From contig OY760175.1 of the NCBI GenBank assembly GCA_963663165.1, positions 5,312,001-5,376,000 on the forward strand: DNA of 64,000 nucleotides, written 5' to 3'. The notes below the pieces were generated by a model. The model saw nothing but the letters and a program-made list of their open reading frames with translations. It had not been told where the DNA came from and ran no database searches. This DNA comes from an uncultured Desulfospira sp. Its GTDB lineage: Bacteria; Desulfobacterota; Desulfobacteria; Desulfobacterales; Desulfobacteraceae. The position numbers and the translations under genes are program-made. Position 1 is the first letter of the stretch. Every line of letters begins with the position of its first letter. This document shows positions 1 through 10,573 of the stretch, in pieces.

Positions 1-1
1 T

Positions 2-385
2 GCGGCCAAGGCCGGCCGGGACCTGTCCGATTGCCAGGACCGGATTGAGCAGTGCCACCAAAGTCTTGTTGAGGCCGCCGTTAAAATGGATGAAGTGGTG
101 GCCAAGGGAACGGACGCCCATTTTATTCAACGGTTTGTCATTTACATAAACGGTCTGAACGCGGACCTGGCAAATGAAACCAGGCTCAAACAAAAGCTTT
201 CGGCCGTGTTAGCGGAAAAGGTTAAAGTTTTAAATCAGAAATCCAAAGAAAAGAAAGTAATGGAACGGCTCAAGGAAAAGCAGAGACTGGCATATAACCG
301 GGAACTTCTTCGTCTGGAGCAAAAAGACCTGGATGAAATTTCTTCGCTCAAGTCGGCAAGGGAGGTGGCCAATGCAACGGAATAA
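2..385 (+). CDS. fliJ: Flagellar export protein FliJ (5' end outside window)
   Basis: Frame is open from position 2. Coiled-coil protein ends ...KVMERLKEKQ...EQKDLDE, typical of the FliJ C-terminus, and overlaps a MotE-like gene. Confidence 0.7.
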   Translation, partial: AAKAGRDLSDCQDRIEQCHQSLVEAAVKMDEVVAKGTDAHFIQRFVIYINGLNADLANETRLKQKLSAVLAEKVKVLNQKSKEKKVMERLKEKQRLAYNRELLRLEQKDLDEISSLKSAREVANATE

Positions 386-1016
386 AAAAATAATCCCGTT
401 TCTGATTTTATTTATCACGGCCTCAATTCTGGCCGGAACAGGGGTGAAAGATTTTTTTTATGCCGGAAATGTCCTGGCGGAGGATCCCCCCAAAGAAGCG
501 GCCGCAAAAGAAGAGGGCAAGGCTGACCAGGGCGAGGCCGGAAAAGACGGAGAGGCCCCTCCCTGTCCGGAATGCCCCGAGTGTCCGGACCCGGCCAAGG
601 TAGTCTTAAAAGGGCTTGAAGAAAAAAAACAGCACATTGAAGAAGAATCCAAAGAGATTGCCCGGCAAAGAAAAGACTTAGAAAAGTACGAAGAGCAGAT
701 TGATGAAAAGCTCGCCTCCCTTGAGGCTTTAAAAAAACAGATCCAAGACGATATGGCGCTTCTGGAACAAAAGAAAACCCAGAAGGAACTTCAAGAGGAA
801 CAGGCCTATGAAGCCCAGATGGCCAAGCTGGTCAAAATGTACGCCGGGATGAAACCCAAAAGCGCGGCCCTGATCGTGGACAAAATGAGCCTGGAAACGG
901 CCCAGGAAATCTTCTCGCGCATGCGGGAAGCCTCGGCCTCGGATATCCTGTCCTATGTTGAATCTGAAAAGGCCGCCAAGATCAGCGAGTATCTGGCGTT
1001 TAAACAAACGCCTTAG
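372..1016 (+). CDS. Flagellar MotE/FlbB-like protein with MgtE N-terminal-like domain
   Basis: ATG at 372 after GGAGG. N-terminal TM/signal, coiled coil, then LVKMYAGMKPKSAA...AAKIS motif. Lies downstream of fliJ. Confidence 0.75.
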   Translation: MQRNKKIIPFLILFITASILAGTGVKDFFYAGNVLAEDPPKEAAAKEEGKADQGEAGKDGEAPPCPECPECPDPAKVVLKGLEEKKQHIEEESKEIARQRKDLEKYEEQIDEKLASLEALKKQIQDDMALLEQKKTQKELQEEQAYEAQMAKLVKMYAGMKPKSAALIVDKMSLETAQEIFSRMREASASDILSYVESEKAAKISEYLAFKQTP

Positions 1017-1035
1017 TATAACCCGAGAAAAGATA

Positions 1036-1071
1036 CGGGCCGGCTGCAGTAAAGAGACTGCAGCCGGCCCG
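1036..1071. terminator. Perfect 15-bp hairpin between convergent genes
   Basis: CGGGCCGGCTGCAGT-aaagag-ACTGCAGCCGGCCCG. Confidence 0.7.
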
Positions 1072-1115
1072 GTGGTCAGCACCAAAAGGCTTTGGTTGTA
1101 TCAGAACATCAGATT

Positions 1116-4100
1116 TTATTGCGCAACCCAGCCGAAATTCAAGGCCAGATCTTCCAGCGTAACGGCACCTGATCCCTGCAGAACATATTCAGCCAGATCC
1201 TTTCCGTCCACATCCCCGTCTTCGTCCAGATCCCCGGACGTGATGGATGAGAGGACAAAATCAAAGGTTGAAACCCCCTTGGCCGTCACAGTGAATTTAC
1301 AGGCCTGGCTGTCATCCCGGGTGCCGCCTTCCTGGGTCCAGTATTCATAGTAAACGCCTGAGCCGGAATCAGACGGATGGGCAAGGAGGACAAATTCCTG
1401 GTCAGCCGGGACAAGCAGGGAGAACCAACCGTCGGAATCCGTTCTGTAACCATAGCCGTTGTTATAGTCTTCGGCTTCAAAGGCTGTCACGTCAACTCCG
1501 GAAAGGGGCTGGGTCATCTGAGCATCCCTGTACACGGTTCCCTGAATCCACCCGCCGAGGGCAGGCGTAAAGTTAACAGTGCCATTAACAGGAACCGCTT
1601 GCTCGTACTCCTCCCACAGGTAACAGGTCTCTCCTGAATTAAAGGTCACCCGGTATCCGTTCAGGCTTGGTGCCGGCAGTCCGACAACCATAAAATACCC
1701 TCCATCGGTAAGTCCCACCCATCCGAGATGTTCGTTTGTGTTCCAGTCATGGACACTGATAAATGCGGATTCCAAAGATTCAGGGTTGTCTCCGGTTTCA
1801 CCCTGCACAGAACCGTAAATGGTGTTCCCGGGCTCTATTTCAATGTCACCCATATTTGTTGACGCCCCCTGGCTTACTGAAATGGAAACGGCACTTCCAC
1901 AAGTTCTTGTTGTTCCTGCATTGCCATCATACCATCCGTCAATGTAATTTTCCAAGTTGCAGGCAGGGCAGACATAGACATAAGCTTTCCCTGCAGGAAC
2001 ATTTGTTATGGTAAAATATCCATATTCGTTCGTATCCGTACTGCCGTAATGGGTTCCTTCCTCGCAGGGGTCGGAAAAAGCCTGAACTTGAATATTGGCG
2101 ACCCCTTCCGTACCCTCCCCGACAACTGCCGTAATCCGGCCGGTGATGCTTCCTGCCTGATCAAGGACAAAATCAATGTCCTCCTCCACCTCGTATCCTG
2201 CGGTCACATCGACGGCCACGGCAGCGTTACAGTCATTGGTGTTGCCGTAATACTCGTCTGTATAGGGAAGGGCAACGCCGTCTTCGGTACAGTCCACACA
2301 GGTTCTAAGGTATACTTTTCCCGTGGGCAGACCCGAAAGGGTATAATCGCCGTTCTCGTCCGTATATGTCCCGGCAAGCCATTCTCCTTCACAGGCAGAA
2401 TCTGCCACAGCGTAAATATACAGGCCTTGTATGGGATTTTCACTGGTATCCGTTACATTTCCTTTAATCCACCCGCCGGGTGCCAGGTAAAAATTCGCCT
2501 CTACGGTGTCTCCTGCAGTGGCGACTGTCACCCCCTCTGCCCCGTTACAATCCAAGCTTCCCCCTGTCGAAGACCAGTACTCGGGCAGGTAGTTCACATC
2601 GTTATCCCAATCGGGTCTGGCCTTTAAAAAATAAGTTCCTACCGGAACGGTTATGCTGTATAGCCCGGTATCATAATCGGTTGCATACCCCCCCATCGGC
2701 TCCTCATCACATTTATTTTCAAAGATTTCCACCCCAAGGGAGCCGAGAGGTGAACCGCCACCATATACATATCCCTGGATCTTGCCGCCTTTTACCGGGT
2801 TAAAGGAAATATCAGTTCCAGCAGCAACCGTGCCCTGATATTGTTCGGCAATGTAAAAAGTATCTCCGGATTCCAGGTAAACCGTGTATCCGCCTGTAGA
2901 TGCCTGCAGCCCAAGCACGGTAAAGGTTCCTCCGCTGCCTTCACCGTTTGACACAACTTCGGCCCCGCTCAGATAGTTCCCGTCTGAATCATAGACATTG
3001 ACCCACATGCCCGCCACCCCGGCATCACCGGTAACGGTGCCGGAAATCTGCTCTCCGGCAGAAATTGCAATTGATCCGACATCCACATCCGCGGATGCGT
3101 CAACCGCGATTGCCTCATTACAGTCCTGAGTGCCGGCAGCCCCGTCATGCCATTCACCAATATAGTTTTCACCATTGCATTCCGGGCAGACGTAAACATA
3201 AACCGTGGTATCCGAAGGTACCCCGGATATGGAAAAATATCCATCACCGTTCGTATCGGCCTGGCTGTACTGGGTACCGTTCCAGCATGAATCAGAGAAC
3301 ACCTGAACATGAACATTGGCAACGCCTGTATCCGTGGACCCGTCCAGAACGATCCGGCCGGAAACGGTATGGGCGGGCTCCAGGATAAAATCAATACTGC
3401 TTGTTGTCTCTCCTGCAGACACGGTTACGAACTGGGCCGACCCGCAGTCTAGGGTGTCTCCGTAATATTCATCTACATAGGGAAGGGCAGAATCACCTTC
3501 TTCCTGAATACAATCCACACAGGTCCTGAGGTATACCTTCCCTTCGGGAAGACCAGAAAGGGTGTATTTGCCAGTAGCATCCGTATAGGTGCCGCTCACC
3601 CAGATACCGTCACAGGCCGACGACCCGACTACTGCATAAATATGCAGGTTTGCAATGGGATTTTTGTCATCACTGGAATCTGTAACCGTACCTGATATAG
3701 TTCCGGCCGCTGTAAGGACAAAATTCACGTCGGATGCATCTCCATCAACTGCCAGTTCAAGATCCACGGCATCGTTGCAGTCAATGGAACCGGCCCCGCC
3801 CGAGCCTGTCCACCATTCGTTGATATAATCGTGGCCATTGCATTCGGCACAGGCGATGACATAAATCGGATCGCCCGAAGACGGCACCGTAATGGAATAA
3901 TATCCATCGTCGTCCGTAGAAGCCCCATTGAGGGAAGTCCAGTTGCAGGCATTGGAAACAGCCTCAACCCGCAGGTTTGCAATGCCGTTTCCATCTTCGT
4001 CGGTTACCCTGCCGGACACCGTACCGCTCTTGTTGGGATCAGTTTCTCCGTCATCCACCCGGCCGTTGCCGTTTGCATCCTCCTGGCCGTCGGAAAGGCC

Positions 4101-6227
4101 GTCCCCATCGGTATCCCAGTTTAAAGGATCGGTGGTTGTGGCCGTGTCCTGATCCCCGGTATAACCATCTGCATAAGCCGGAAGCTCGGCTGCTGCCAGG
4201 CCGATTTCAATGCCGTCAAGCACCCCGTCTCCATCGGTATCCGATTCCCCGGGATCGGTTTCAGGCCAGTCAACCCGGCCGTTGGCATTCAGGTCTTCAT
4301 TGCCGTCCATAATGCCGTCATCGTCCATATCCCCGTCTCCGGGATTGTACACCAGCCTTAATTCGTCAAAATCCGACAGAAGATCCCCGTCACTATCAGC
4401 AGGCGTTCCGGTATATACCTTGCTGACTTTAACCAGAATATGGTTTCCCGCATCCCCTGCGCTGCCAGTGGAATATGGATACGCCCTGGCCGTCACCGCA
4501 AAATACTCATTTTCATTGGGATAGGCAGGCGTAGTAATTTCGTGTGTGTGGGTAGCGGTTTTATTGTTGGTCAAGTCGATACAGGAAAAAACGACACGGG
4601 TGCCTGTAAAATTCAGGCCGAGCCGGTAAGGCTTTCCCTTTTCAAGACTAAAGCCTTCGGGAAGAGAAAAGGACTCATTTATCACCTCTTGAGAATTGCC
4701 ATCCGCCGTATACCTCTCCATATAATATTTTGCTTTTAAAAATTCATTGGTACCATCTGTCTTAAGATCAATCAGTACCTGGGCCCAGACCTGCCCTTCC
4801 TGGCCGTTATATCCCTCAAACCCGCTTAAGGTATCGTTATACAGATTCCCTTCCAGCCGGACCCTGGCGGTGTTGTCGGTTGCAAGAGAGGATCCATCAA
4901 TGGTCACGTCGGCATAGGCATGGGTCATTTTCCTGCCGAACTTGAGCTGATTGGTCTCCCTGCTTCCTTTGGACTCAGCCATTAAAACCGCATCGGTGCC
5001 GTCTATGATCCGCACGGTCTCGGTGGTGCGCCAGTTGGCTGAAGTCCAGGCGATGTCATCGGATTCATCCTCAAAATCATCGTAATCGGCATGGTTAAGT
5101 TTAACATTATCAAACGCTGCAGATATGCTGCAAAGTTCCATTTTATCAGTGTTCCGGTTCATTCCCGTGGTCAGGGCCGGATAGGAATCCTGACAGGCCC
5201 TCTGGTAGGCCGGAAGCCCTGTGTAGGTGACATTGCCGATTTCATTTTCCGCACCATCCAGTACCGTATAGGTTACCTGACTGCTCCCCTGGACATATCC
5301 AATTTCAAGGCTGTACCAGGTATTAAGATCAATGTCTCCAGATACAGGGATGATTCCATAATCAATGGTTTCCCAGTTCTCTCCGTCTTCATCCTGGCTC
5401 TGCTGAATTAAATACCAGAACTGCTTTTGACCATTGCGTTCCCTAAGATAAAGGCCCGTCCAGATATTTCCGAGCTTTGCAGTCGGTGCTTCCGCGGCCG
5501 CATTGTAAAGGCTGACCCCCAACCGGGCGAAAACCTGGTTGCCGGAGGCCGTGCCCCCGTCAGTATCCATGATTTTCACGTCCGCTTTAAATTGGGTGAC
5601 CACCCCGGAATAGGTCATGGTCATATGATTTCTTTCCTGGGAGTTGGAGCTTCTGAAACCGGATACCAGCACGCCGTTTTCCACCCGGCGGACATATTCA
5701 AGGGCATTCCAGGTCCGTTTCCATTTGTCGGCAAGAAACAGTCCCGAAGCATCGGAAAAATCGTCGTAATCCTGAAGGATTTCTGAGCTTTCATAGGTTG
5801 TACCGATGGAAAAGTTCTGGCCCGAAATATCTAAAGTTCCAATTGCAATGGGAGACCCGGGTGCATATCCCATAGCATCCCCATAGTCCGGCCAGTCGAA
5901 AAGTTCGTCCGAAGTCTTGCAGGAAGCGTTTCTATCGTAAAAGGCCAGAACAATAACCGCCTCAGGCAGCGCATCTCCCGTGAGCGTTAAACTGTATTCT
6001 TCACTGCAGGCATTGCCTGCTGTACAGGATTCCCCCGGAGTGATCATAGTTGAAGCCACCATGTCGCCTTCCAGATCAAACGCCGCCACATAAAGGTCGC
6101 CGCCACCCGCCACCTTAGTGAACCCAATGTTGCCGGAAAGCGTCAGTGCCCAGGCCGAAGCCCCCCATAACACGGCCAGACACATCAGAACAAAAATCAG
6201 TCCGTTTCTTTTAAACTTTCTTCCCAT
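1116..6227 (-). CDS. Large secreted/surface protein with carboxypeptidase-regulatory-like beta-sandwich repeats, TSP3-like Ca-binding repeats and a C-terminal dockerin/EF-hand-like motif
   Basis: ATG at 6227 with GGAGG. Signal peptide ends ASAWA. Repeated ISGTVTD...GxYTLSGL modules, DxDGDG repeats, and C-terminal GDLDEDGDVDGKDLA...LALNFG. Confidence 0.8.
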   Translation of the reverse strand: MGRKFKRNGLIFVLMCLAVLWGASAWALTLSGNIGFTKVAGGGDLYVAAFDLEGDMVASTMITPGESCTAGNACSEEYSLTLTGDALPEAVIVLAFYDRNASCKTSDELFDWPDYGDAMGYAPGSPIAIGTLDISGQNFSIGTTYESSEILQDYDDFSDASGLFLADKWKRTWNALEYVRRVENGVLVSGFRSSNSQERNHMTMTYSGVVTQFKADVKIMDTDGGTASGNQVFARLGVSLYNAAAEAPTAKLGNIWTGLYLRERNGQKQFWYLIQQSQDEDGENWETIDYGIIPVSGDIDLNTWYSLEIGYVQGSSQVTYTVLDGAENEIGNVTYTGLPAYQRACQDSYPALTTGMNRNTDKMELCSISAAFDNVKLNHADYDDFEDESDDIAWTSANWRTTETVRIIDGTDAVLMAESKGSRETNQLKFGRKMTHAYADVTIDGSSLATDNTARVRLEGNLYNDTLSGFEGYNGQEGQVWAQVLIDLKTDGTNEFLKAKYYMERYTADGNSQEVINESFSLPEGFSLEKGKPYRLGLNFTGTRVVFSCIDLTNNKTATHTHEITTPAYPNENEYFAVTARAYPYSTGSAGDAGNHILVKVSKVYTGTPADSDGDLLSDFDELRLVYNPGDGDMDDDGIMDGNEDLNANGRVDWPETDPGESDTDGDGVLDGIEIGLAAAELPAYADGYTGDQDTATTTDPLNWDTDGDGLSDGQEDANGNGRVDDGETDPNKSGTVSGRVTDEDGNGIANLRVEAVSNACNWTSLNGASTDDDGYYSITVPSSGDPIYVIACAECNGHDYINEWWTGSGGAGSIDCNDAVDLELAVDGDASDVNFVLTAAGTISGTVTDSSDDKNPIANLHIYAVVGSSACDGIWVSGTYTDATGKYTLSGLPEGKVYLRTCVDCIQEEGDSALPYVDEYYGDTLDCGSAQFVTVSAGETTSSIDFILEPAHTVSGRIVLDGSTDTGVANVHVQVFSDSCWNGTQYSQADTNGDGYFSISGVPSDTTVYVYVCPECNGENYIGEWHDGAAGTQDCNEAIAVDASADVDVGSIAISAGEQISGTVTGDAGVAGMWVNVYDSDGNYLSGAEVVSNGEGSGGTFTVLGLQASTGGYTVYLESGDTFYIAEQYQGTVAAGTDISFNPVKGGKIQGYVYGGGSPLGSLGVEIFENKCDEEPMGGYATDYDTGLYSITVPVGTYFLKARPDWDNDVNYLPEYWSSTGGSLDCNGAEGVTVATAGDTVEANFYLAPGGWIKGNVTDTSENPIQGLYIYAVADSACEGEWLAGTYTDENGDYTLSGLPTGKVYLRTCVDCTEDGVALPYTDEYYGNTNDCNAAVAVDVTAGYEVEEDIDFVLDQAGSITGRITAVVGEGTEGVANIQVQAFSDPCEEGTHYGSTDTNEYGYFTITNVPAGKAYVYVCPACNLENYIDGWYDGNAGTTRTCGSAVSISVSQGASTNMGDIEIEPGNTIYGSVQGETGDNPESLESAFISVHDWNTNEHLGWVGLTDGGYFMVVGLPAPSLNGYRVTFNSGETCYLWEEYEQAVPVNGTVNFTPALGGWIQGTVYRDAQMTQPLSGVDVTAFEAEDYNNGYGYRTDSDGWFSLLVPADQEFVLLAHPSDSGSGVYYEYWTQEGGTRDDSQACKFTVTAKGVSTFDFVLSSITSGDLDEDGDVDGKDLAEYVLQGSGAVTLEDLALNFGWVAQ

Positions 6228-6752
6228 CGTTGCTGCCTCCCTGGATAAAAATGTCAGCACAGCAATTTTGACCACACGCTTTTATCCCTGTGCCGAACGC
6301 TTTATACAACAAATTTATGTAAACACATTGAATTGCAATTAAACCACTATATTAGCAATTGTTAGCAATTATCGTACCAGGGTGTTGGTTGTTTGGATGA
6401 ACCTATTATTCGTTCAAAAAGAGAGGGGGGGATTCCCCTTTAGTGCAGTTAAAGTTGTTGGAAATAAAGCATATATTGAAAAAGAAGCGCCTCAAATTTA
6501 ATCAAACCATCCGCTGCGGCTCAAATCGACGCTGCCGGTGAAGCTGATGAAGATTTAGGAAAAAAAATACCCAGTTTTATAACCTTTTCTTCACAATATA
6601 TAATTTTTTTCCATTTTTCCATGAAGCGATGGCCAAGGAATGGGGGCAACCGTTACAAATCCACGGGAAACAAAAAGCCTTGGAAGAATTTATCAGGATG
6701 CGTATGGTGTGAAGGGTTTAATTTTAAGCCGTCAAATGATAGATCATACCAC

Positions 6753-7022
6753 ATGAAGCACTTGAATAATTTAAATGACTGGACCGTATACCTGTTAAGG
6801 TGTTCTGATAACTCATTGTACTGCGGTGTCACCAACCATCTTGAAAACAGGCTGGAGAAACACCAGCAGGGCACGGCCTCCAAATACACCCGGTCCCGTC
6901 TTCCTGTAAAACTGGCGGCGGTAAAAACAAATCTTACCAAAACCGAAGCGTACAAGCTTGAATACCGGATTAAACAGCTGCCATCAAACCAGAAAATTCA
7001 TTTTTTAAAAACCGGGGCTTAA
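6753..7022 (+). CDS. GIY-YIG nuclease family protein (YhbQ/UPF0213-like)
   Basis: VYLLRCSDNSLYCGVTNHLENRLEKHQQG..SKYTRSRLPV. Confidence 0.85.
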   Translation: MKHLNNLNDWTVYLLRCSDNSLYCGVTNHLENRLEKHQQGTASKYTRSRLPVKLAAVKTNLTKTEAYKLEYRIKQLPSNQKIHFLKTGA

Positions 7023-7028
7023 AGAGAA

Positions 7029-7244
7029 ATGAGCCAGCCTGTTGAACCCGACAAAGAAGCCTTTCTGGCCCTGAAAACCACCCGCATGCCCTTTGGCAAA
7101 TACAAAGGCGTCAGCCTGATCGACTTGCCGGAACCCTATCTGGTCTGGTTCTCCCAGAACGGATTTCCAAAGGGAAAATTGGGCGATCTGATGAGTGCGG
7201 CATATGAAATTAAGGTCAACGGGCTTGAATATCTTTTTAAATAG
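7029..7244 (+). CDS. Small DUF3820/YpeB-like protein
   Basis: MPFGKYKG..LIDLPEPYLVWF..GFPKGKLG..YEIKVNGLE. Confidence 0.85.
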   Translation: MSQPVEPDKEAFLALKTTRMPFGKYKGVSLIDLPEPYLVWFSQNGFPKGKLGDLMSAAYEIKVNGLEYLFK

Positions 7245-7343
7245 TGCTTGGGCGAAAACACACCCATCTGCCACATGGCAGAAAAATTTGCATCTGGGTA
7301 ACTTTCCTCCCTGACAGGGGGGGGCAGGCATCAGATATCACCG

Positions 7344-8411
7344 TTAATTGGTGCTGTTTCCTGTCGCTTTGGTGTCTTGTTTCTGCCAGAGGCCCAGGGT
7401 CCGCAGGGGGAGGTCTTCTTTTTTTATTTTCAGGTGATCACGGGTCAGGTAGACCCTTATCCGGTCCGGCAGGTCCAGATGTTTTCCCGGACAGGACCGG
7501 TCTTTGAAATCCCGGATGTCCCGGATATGGGTCATGGATATTTTTTTTAAGTCGCCTTTCACCCGAAAAATGGCTTCCCGGATGATCCGGCTGACCAGGG
7601 CCGGGTGATGGATTGCGAGGCCCTCTAAGGAGAGGCTCAGGCCGTGGGGAGAGCTTTCGGTCTGGATGCTGTCAAGGGCCTTAATGGCCAGGGCCTGGAC
7701 AAACTCATCTTCTTCGCGGATAATCTGGCCGGACCGGTCCAGGGAATCCCTGATTTTAGGGTTGTAGGATTGTTCCAGCAGCGGAATAAGCTGGTTTCTG
7801 ACCCGGTTGCGTAAAAACTGTTCTGTCAGGTTGCTGGAATCCAATACATAATCCTGGTCCATATGATCCAGAAAGGCCAGAATTTCTGATTTCTGGGTTT
7901 GGATCAGGGGGCGGATGATCCGTTCTCCCCGCCGGGGAGGAATCCCTTTGAGTCCGGTTGGCCCCGCCCCCCGGATAAGGGATAGAAGAACCTGCTCACC
8001 ATTGTCATCCCGGGTATGGCCAAGGGCGATTTTAGAGTATCCGAACGCCGTGGCCGTTGCCTCAAAAAACGCATACCTGGCACTGCGGCCGGCATCTTCC
8101 AGGGAAGTCCCCGTATCGGCAGCTATTTTTTTGATATCCTGATGTTCTGTAAAAAGGGGCAGGTTTAATTCTTTGGCCAGGTGGTTAACAAATGCCTCAT
8201 CCCTCTCGGATTCCTCCCCCCTGAGCATATGATTTAAGTGGGCCAGGCCAATGGTGATCCGGAACCGGGACTGCAGCGCCACAAGCCCCCTGGTCAGGGC
8301 CACGGAATCCGGCCCCCCGGACAAGCCGATCAGGACCGCATCTTTCTCACGGATCATGTCATGATTCTGTATGGTCCGGGTGATTTTTTTTAAAAAATGG
8401 TTATTGGGCAT
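7344..8411 (-). CDS. tilS: tRNA(Ile)-lysidine synthetase
   Basis: SGGPDS PP-loop, HLNHMLRG, GHTRDD, IIRPL, DSSN, RNRVR motifs. Start taken at ATG 8411 (uncertain). Confidence 0.95.
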   Translation of the reverse strand: MPNNHFLKKITRTIQNHDMIREKDAVLIGLSGGPDSVALTRGLVALQSRFRITIGLAHLNHMLRGEESERDEAFVNHLAKELNLPLFTEHQDIKKIAADTGTSLEDAGRSARYAFFEATATAFGYSKIALGHTRDDNGEQVLLSLIRGAGPTGLKGIPPRRGERIIRPLIQTQKSEILAFLDHMDQDYVLDSSNLTEQFLRNRVRNQLIPLLEQSYNPKIRDSLDRSGQIIREEDEFVQALAIKALDSIQTESSPHGLSLSLEGLAIHHPALVSRIIREAIFRVKGDLKKISMTHIRDIRDFKDRSCPGKHLDLPDRIRVYLTRDHLKIKKEDLPLRTLGLWQKQDTKATGNSTN

Positions 8412-8609
8412 AAGTTTTATCTCAACCGGCAAACTCAAAGAACGGCATATCCGGGCTGGTTACCATTATAAGATGCCTTACCATAAATTCAAGAGATTCT
8501 TGGGCATCCATTGTTTCCAGTTTTGGTTGGGGATTTCAGGGCTTTTGTATGCCTTTAATTTGTGATATACGCACTGGCTGCAACTGAACACCCACAGCAA
8601 GGAGGCCCC

Positions 8610-9329
8610 ATGTATAAAGATTTTCAAACCATCTCAACCTATTATGATGACCTGTATGTAAAAGACGACGAATATGGCCTGGAAGCATCCCGGGTCAAAG
8701 AACTTCTTTCAAAGCACGGGGCCCGGCCGGGATCGGATATGCTGGTTCTGGCCTGCGGCACCGGAGGCCATATCCCCTTTTTCAGGGATGAGTACCGTGT
8801 CACCGGCCTGGATCTCAGTGAAGATATGCTGGCCCAGGCCAGAGATAAATTCCCTGATCTTGAATTTCACCTGGGCAATCTGATTGATTTTGAGCTGGAT
8901 ATGGATTTTGACGTGATCATCTGTCTTTACGGCTCCATTGGGTTTGTGAAAACCCATGACAACCTGTGTGCCGCAATGAAGCGGATTGCCGCCCATCTGC
9001 GGCCCGGGGGAACAGCCCTGATCACCCCGTGGAGTACTATAGAAGAATTCCAGGACATGCTGGTGGTAGATGCGGCCGACAAACCGGATTTGAAAATTGC
9101 CCGCATGGAACAGGTGCGCCTCAAGGCCCCCGGGATGGTGGAGGTGACCTTCCACCACCTGATCGGAAAAGATACCGGGGTCACCTACCATAAACAGTCC
9201 ATGGAGATCGGTTTGTTCTCCCGCCGGGAATATTTGTCCGCCATAACCGGTGCCGGCTTAACGGTTGTGGAAGAATATAAGGGCGCGGATGTCCGGGGCG
9301 GTGCCTATCTGGGACAAAAGACTGTCTGA
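8610..9329 (+). CDS. Class I SAM-dependent methyltransferase
   Basis: LACGTG motif I, GLDLSEDML, HLRPGG. GGAGG precedes ATG 8610. Confidence 0.85.
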   Translation: MYKDFQTISTYYDDLYVKDDEYGLEASRVKELLSKHGARPGSDMLVLACGTGGHIPFFRDEYRVTGLDLSEDMLAQARDKFPDLEFHLGNLIDFELDMDFDVIICLYGSIGFVKTHDNLCAAMKRIAAHLRPGGTALITPWSTIEEFQDMLVVDAADKPDLKIARMEQVRLKAPGMVEVTFHHLIGKDTGVTYHKQSMEIGLFSRREYLSAITGAGLTVVEEYKGADVRGGAYLGQKTV

Positions 9330-9374
9330 AAACCAGGCGCCCCATCGATGGGACCTGAAAATAAAAGGCAACCT

Positions 9375-10370
9375 TTAATTTTGATTTGGTTTAAAGGAAT
9401 GCTGAATATCCTTCAGCCTGTTTTTCAGGTAATGCTTGGGCAGGATGCCGAACCGTTTCTTAAACGCCTCGCTGAAATGGCTGACATTGGTATACCCCAC
9501 CTGCCAGGCGGTCTGACTGACGTTGGTTTCGGTGGTGTCCAGAATTTTTCTGGCCTCCTGCATCCGGTAATCCCGAAAATAATCAAAGACACTTTTACCG
9601 TATGCCTGCCGGAATCCGGCCTGGAGCTTTGCCGGGTTCAGCCCCGTTGTCCTGGCCAGGCAATTCAGGGTTGGCGGGGACTGCAAATCATTGACCAGCA
9701 GGGCCCTGGCCTGGGAAATTTTCTGTTTATCCGTTCTGTTCAGCAATTGCCCCCCGGGGTCCCGGTGGTCAAGGCTAAGGGCAGCCAGGTGAAGGGAAAG
9801 CAGTTCCAGGCTTTTGCCCTCCAGGTAAAGAGACCAGGGGAAGGCATTGCTGGAAGCGTTTAACAGCTGGTAGACCACGGACTGGATATCGGGTGTCATG
9901 GGCCTGATGTTGACAAATTCGGCCTGGGAATCCCCTTTGAGAACCCCCTGTAATTCAGGGGGCAGGACCTTGTATTCCCGGTTCATCACCTTACGGAAAA
10001 ACGGCAGGGTCATGTGCAGGTGGAGGATCTGCTGTTTGGCCTGAGGGGGAATGGTAAAGATTCCGGTCTGCCGGTTTTCCAGCCGGACACCGCTGATGCC
10101 GCTTTTTACAGGGGGGGAATGGGGGGCTGAGCCTGCCCGGCTGGTTTGTTTTCTGATATTGCCCGAGATGACAAAGCCAAAATCAATGACCGGAACCTGT
10201 TTTTCATACTCAAGGCAGACCGGCCTGTCCGAGGAAAAGTTAATCATGGTCATCCACAACCCCGGGCGGATATATATTTCCTGGTGGCCGTTTGTCTGAA
10301 AACCGTTATCTGGAACGTCCTGGCATGACGGTTTAAAAGCAAACAATTTTTTTGGGCCGGCCGGCGGCAT
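9375..10370 (-). CDS. AraC-family transcriptional regulator (PchR-like)
   Basis: C-terminal double HTH: PPTLNCLAR..GF...VSQTAWQVGYTNVSHFSEAFKKRFG. Confidence 0.9.
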   Translation of the reverse strand: MPPAGPKKLFAFKPSCQDVPDNGFQTNGHQEIYIRPGLWMTMINFSSDRPVCLEYEKQVPVIDFGFVISGNIRKQTSRAGSAPHSPPVKSGISGVRLENRQTGIFTIPPQAKQQILHLHMTLPFFRKVMNREYKVLPPELQGVLKGDSQAEFVNIRPMTPDIQSVVYQLLNASSNAFPWSLYLEGKSLELLSLHLAALSLDHRDPGGQLLNRTDKQKISQARALLVNDLQSPPTLNCLARTTGLNPAKLQAGFRQAYGKSVFDYFRDYRMQEARKILDTTETNVSQTAWQVGYTNVSHFSEAFKKRFGILPKHYLKNRLKDIQHSFKPNQN

Positions 10371-10398
10371 CCCGTCTCCTAGTGGTAATCTGGCATAT

Positions 10399-10493
10399 TT
10401 TTATAAGAAAGTCTCACTGACAAGCCGAAAAGACTTTCATTTTTCGTTGTGGGCGGTGCTTGGTTGGATAATCCAAGCCGTCCGTGACGGTTA
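10399..10493 (-). repeat. Dispersed ~95-bp two-hairpin repeat, copy 1
   Basis: Similar to 20099-20193 and to the reverse complement of 28514-28608. Core GTTGTGGGCGGTnCTTGGTTGGATAA..CCAAG. Confidence 0.85.
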
Positions 10494-10573
10494 TAAGAAA
10501 CTGGAGACAAGAAACAAGAGGGCGAAGCACCTGAGGTGCCCAATTTATAGCCTGCCATTGCCGGTATCTTCAG

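Noticed and set aside
6753..7244. GIY-YIG plus small protein as a toxin-antitoxin or defence pair
   Set aside because: Both belong to widespread stand-alone families and nothing in the sequence links them functionally.
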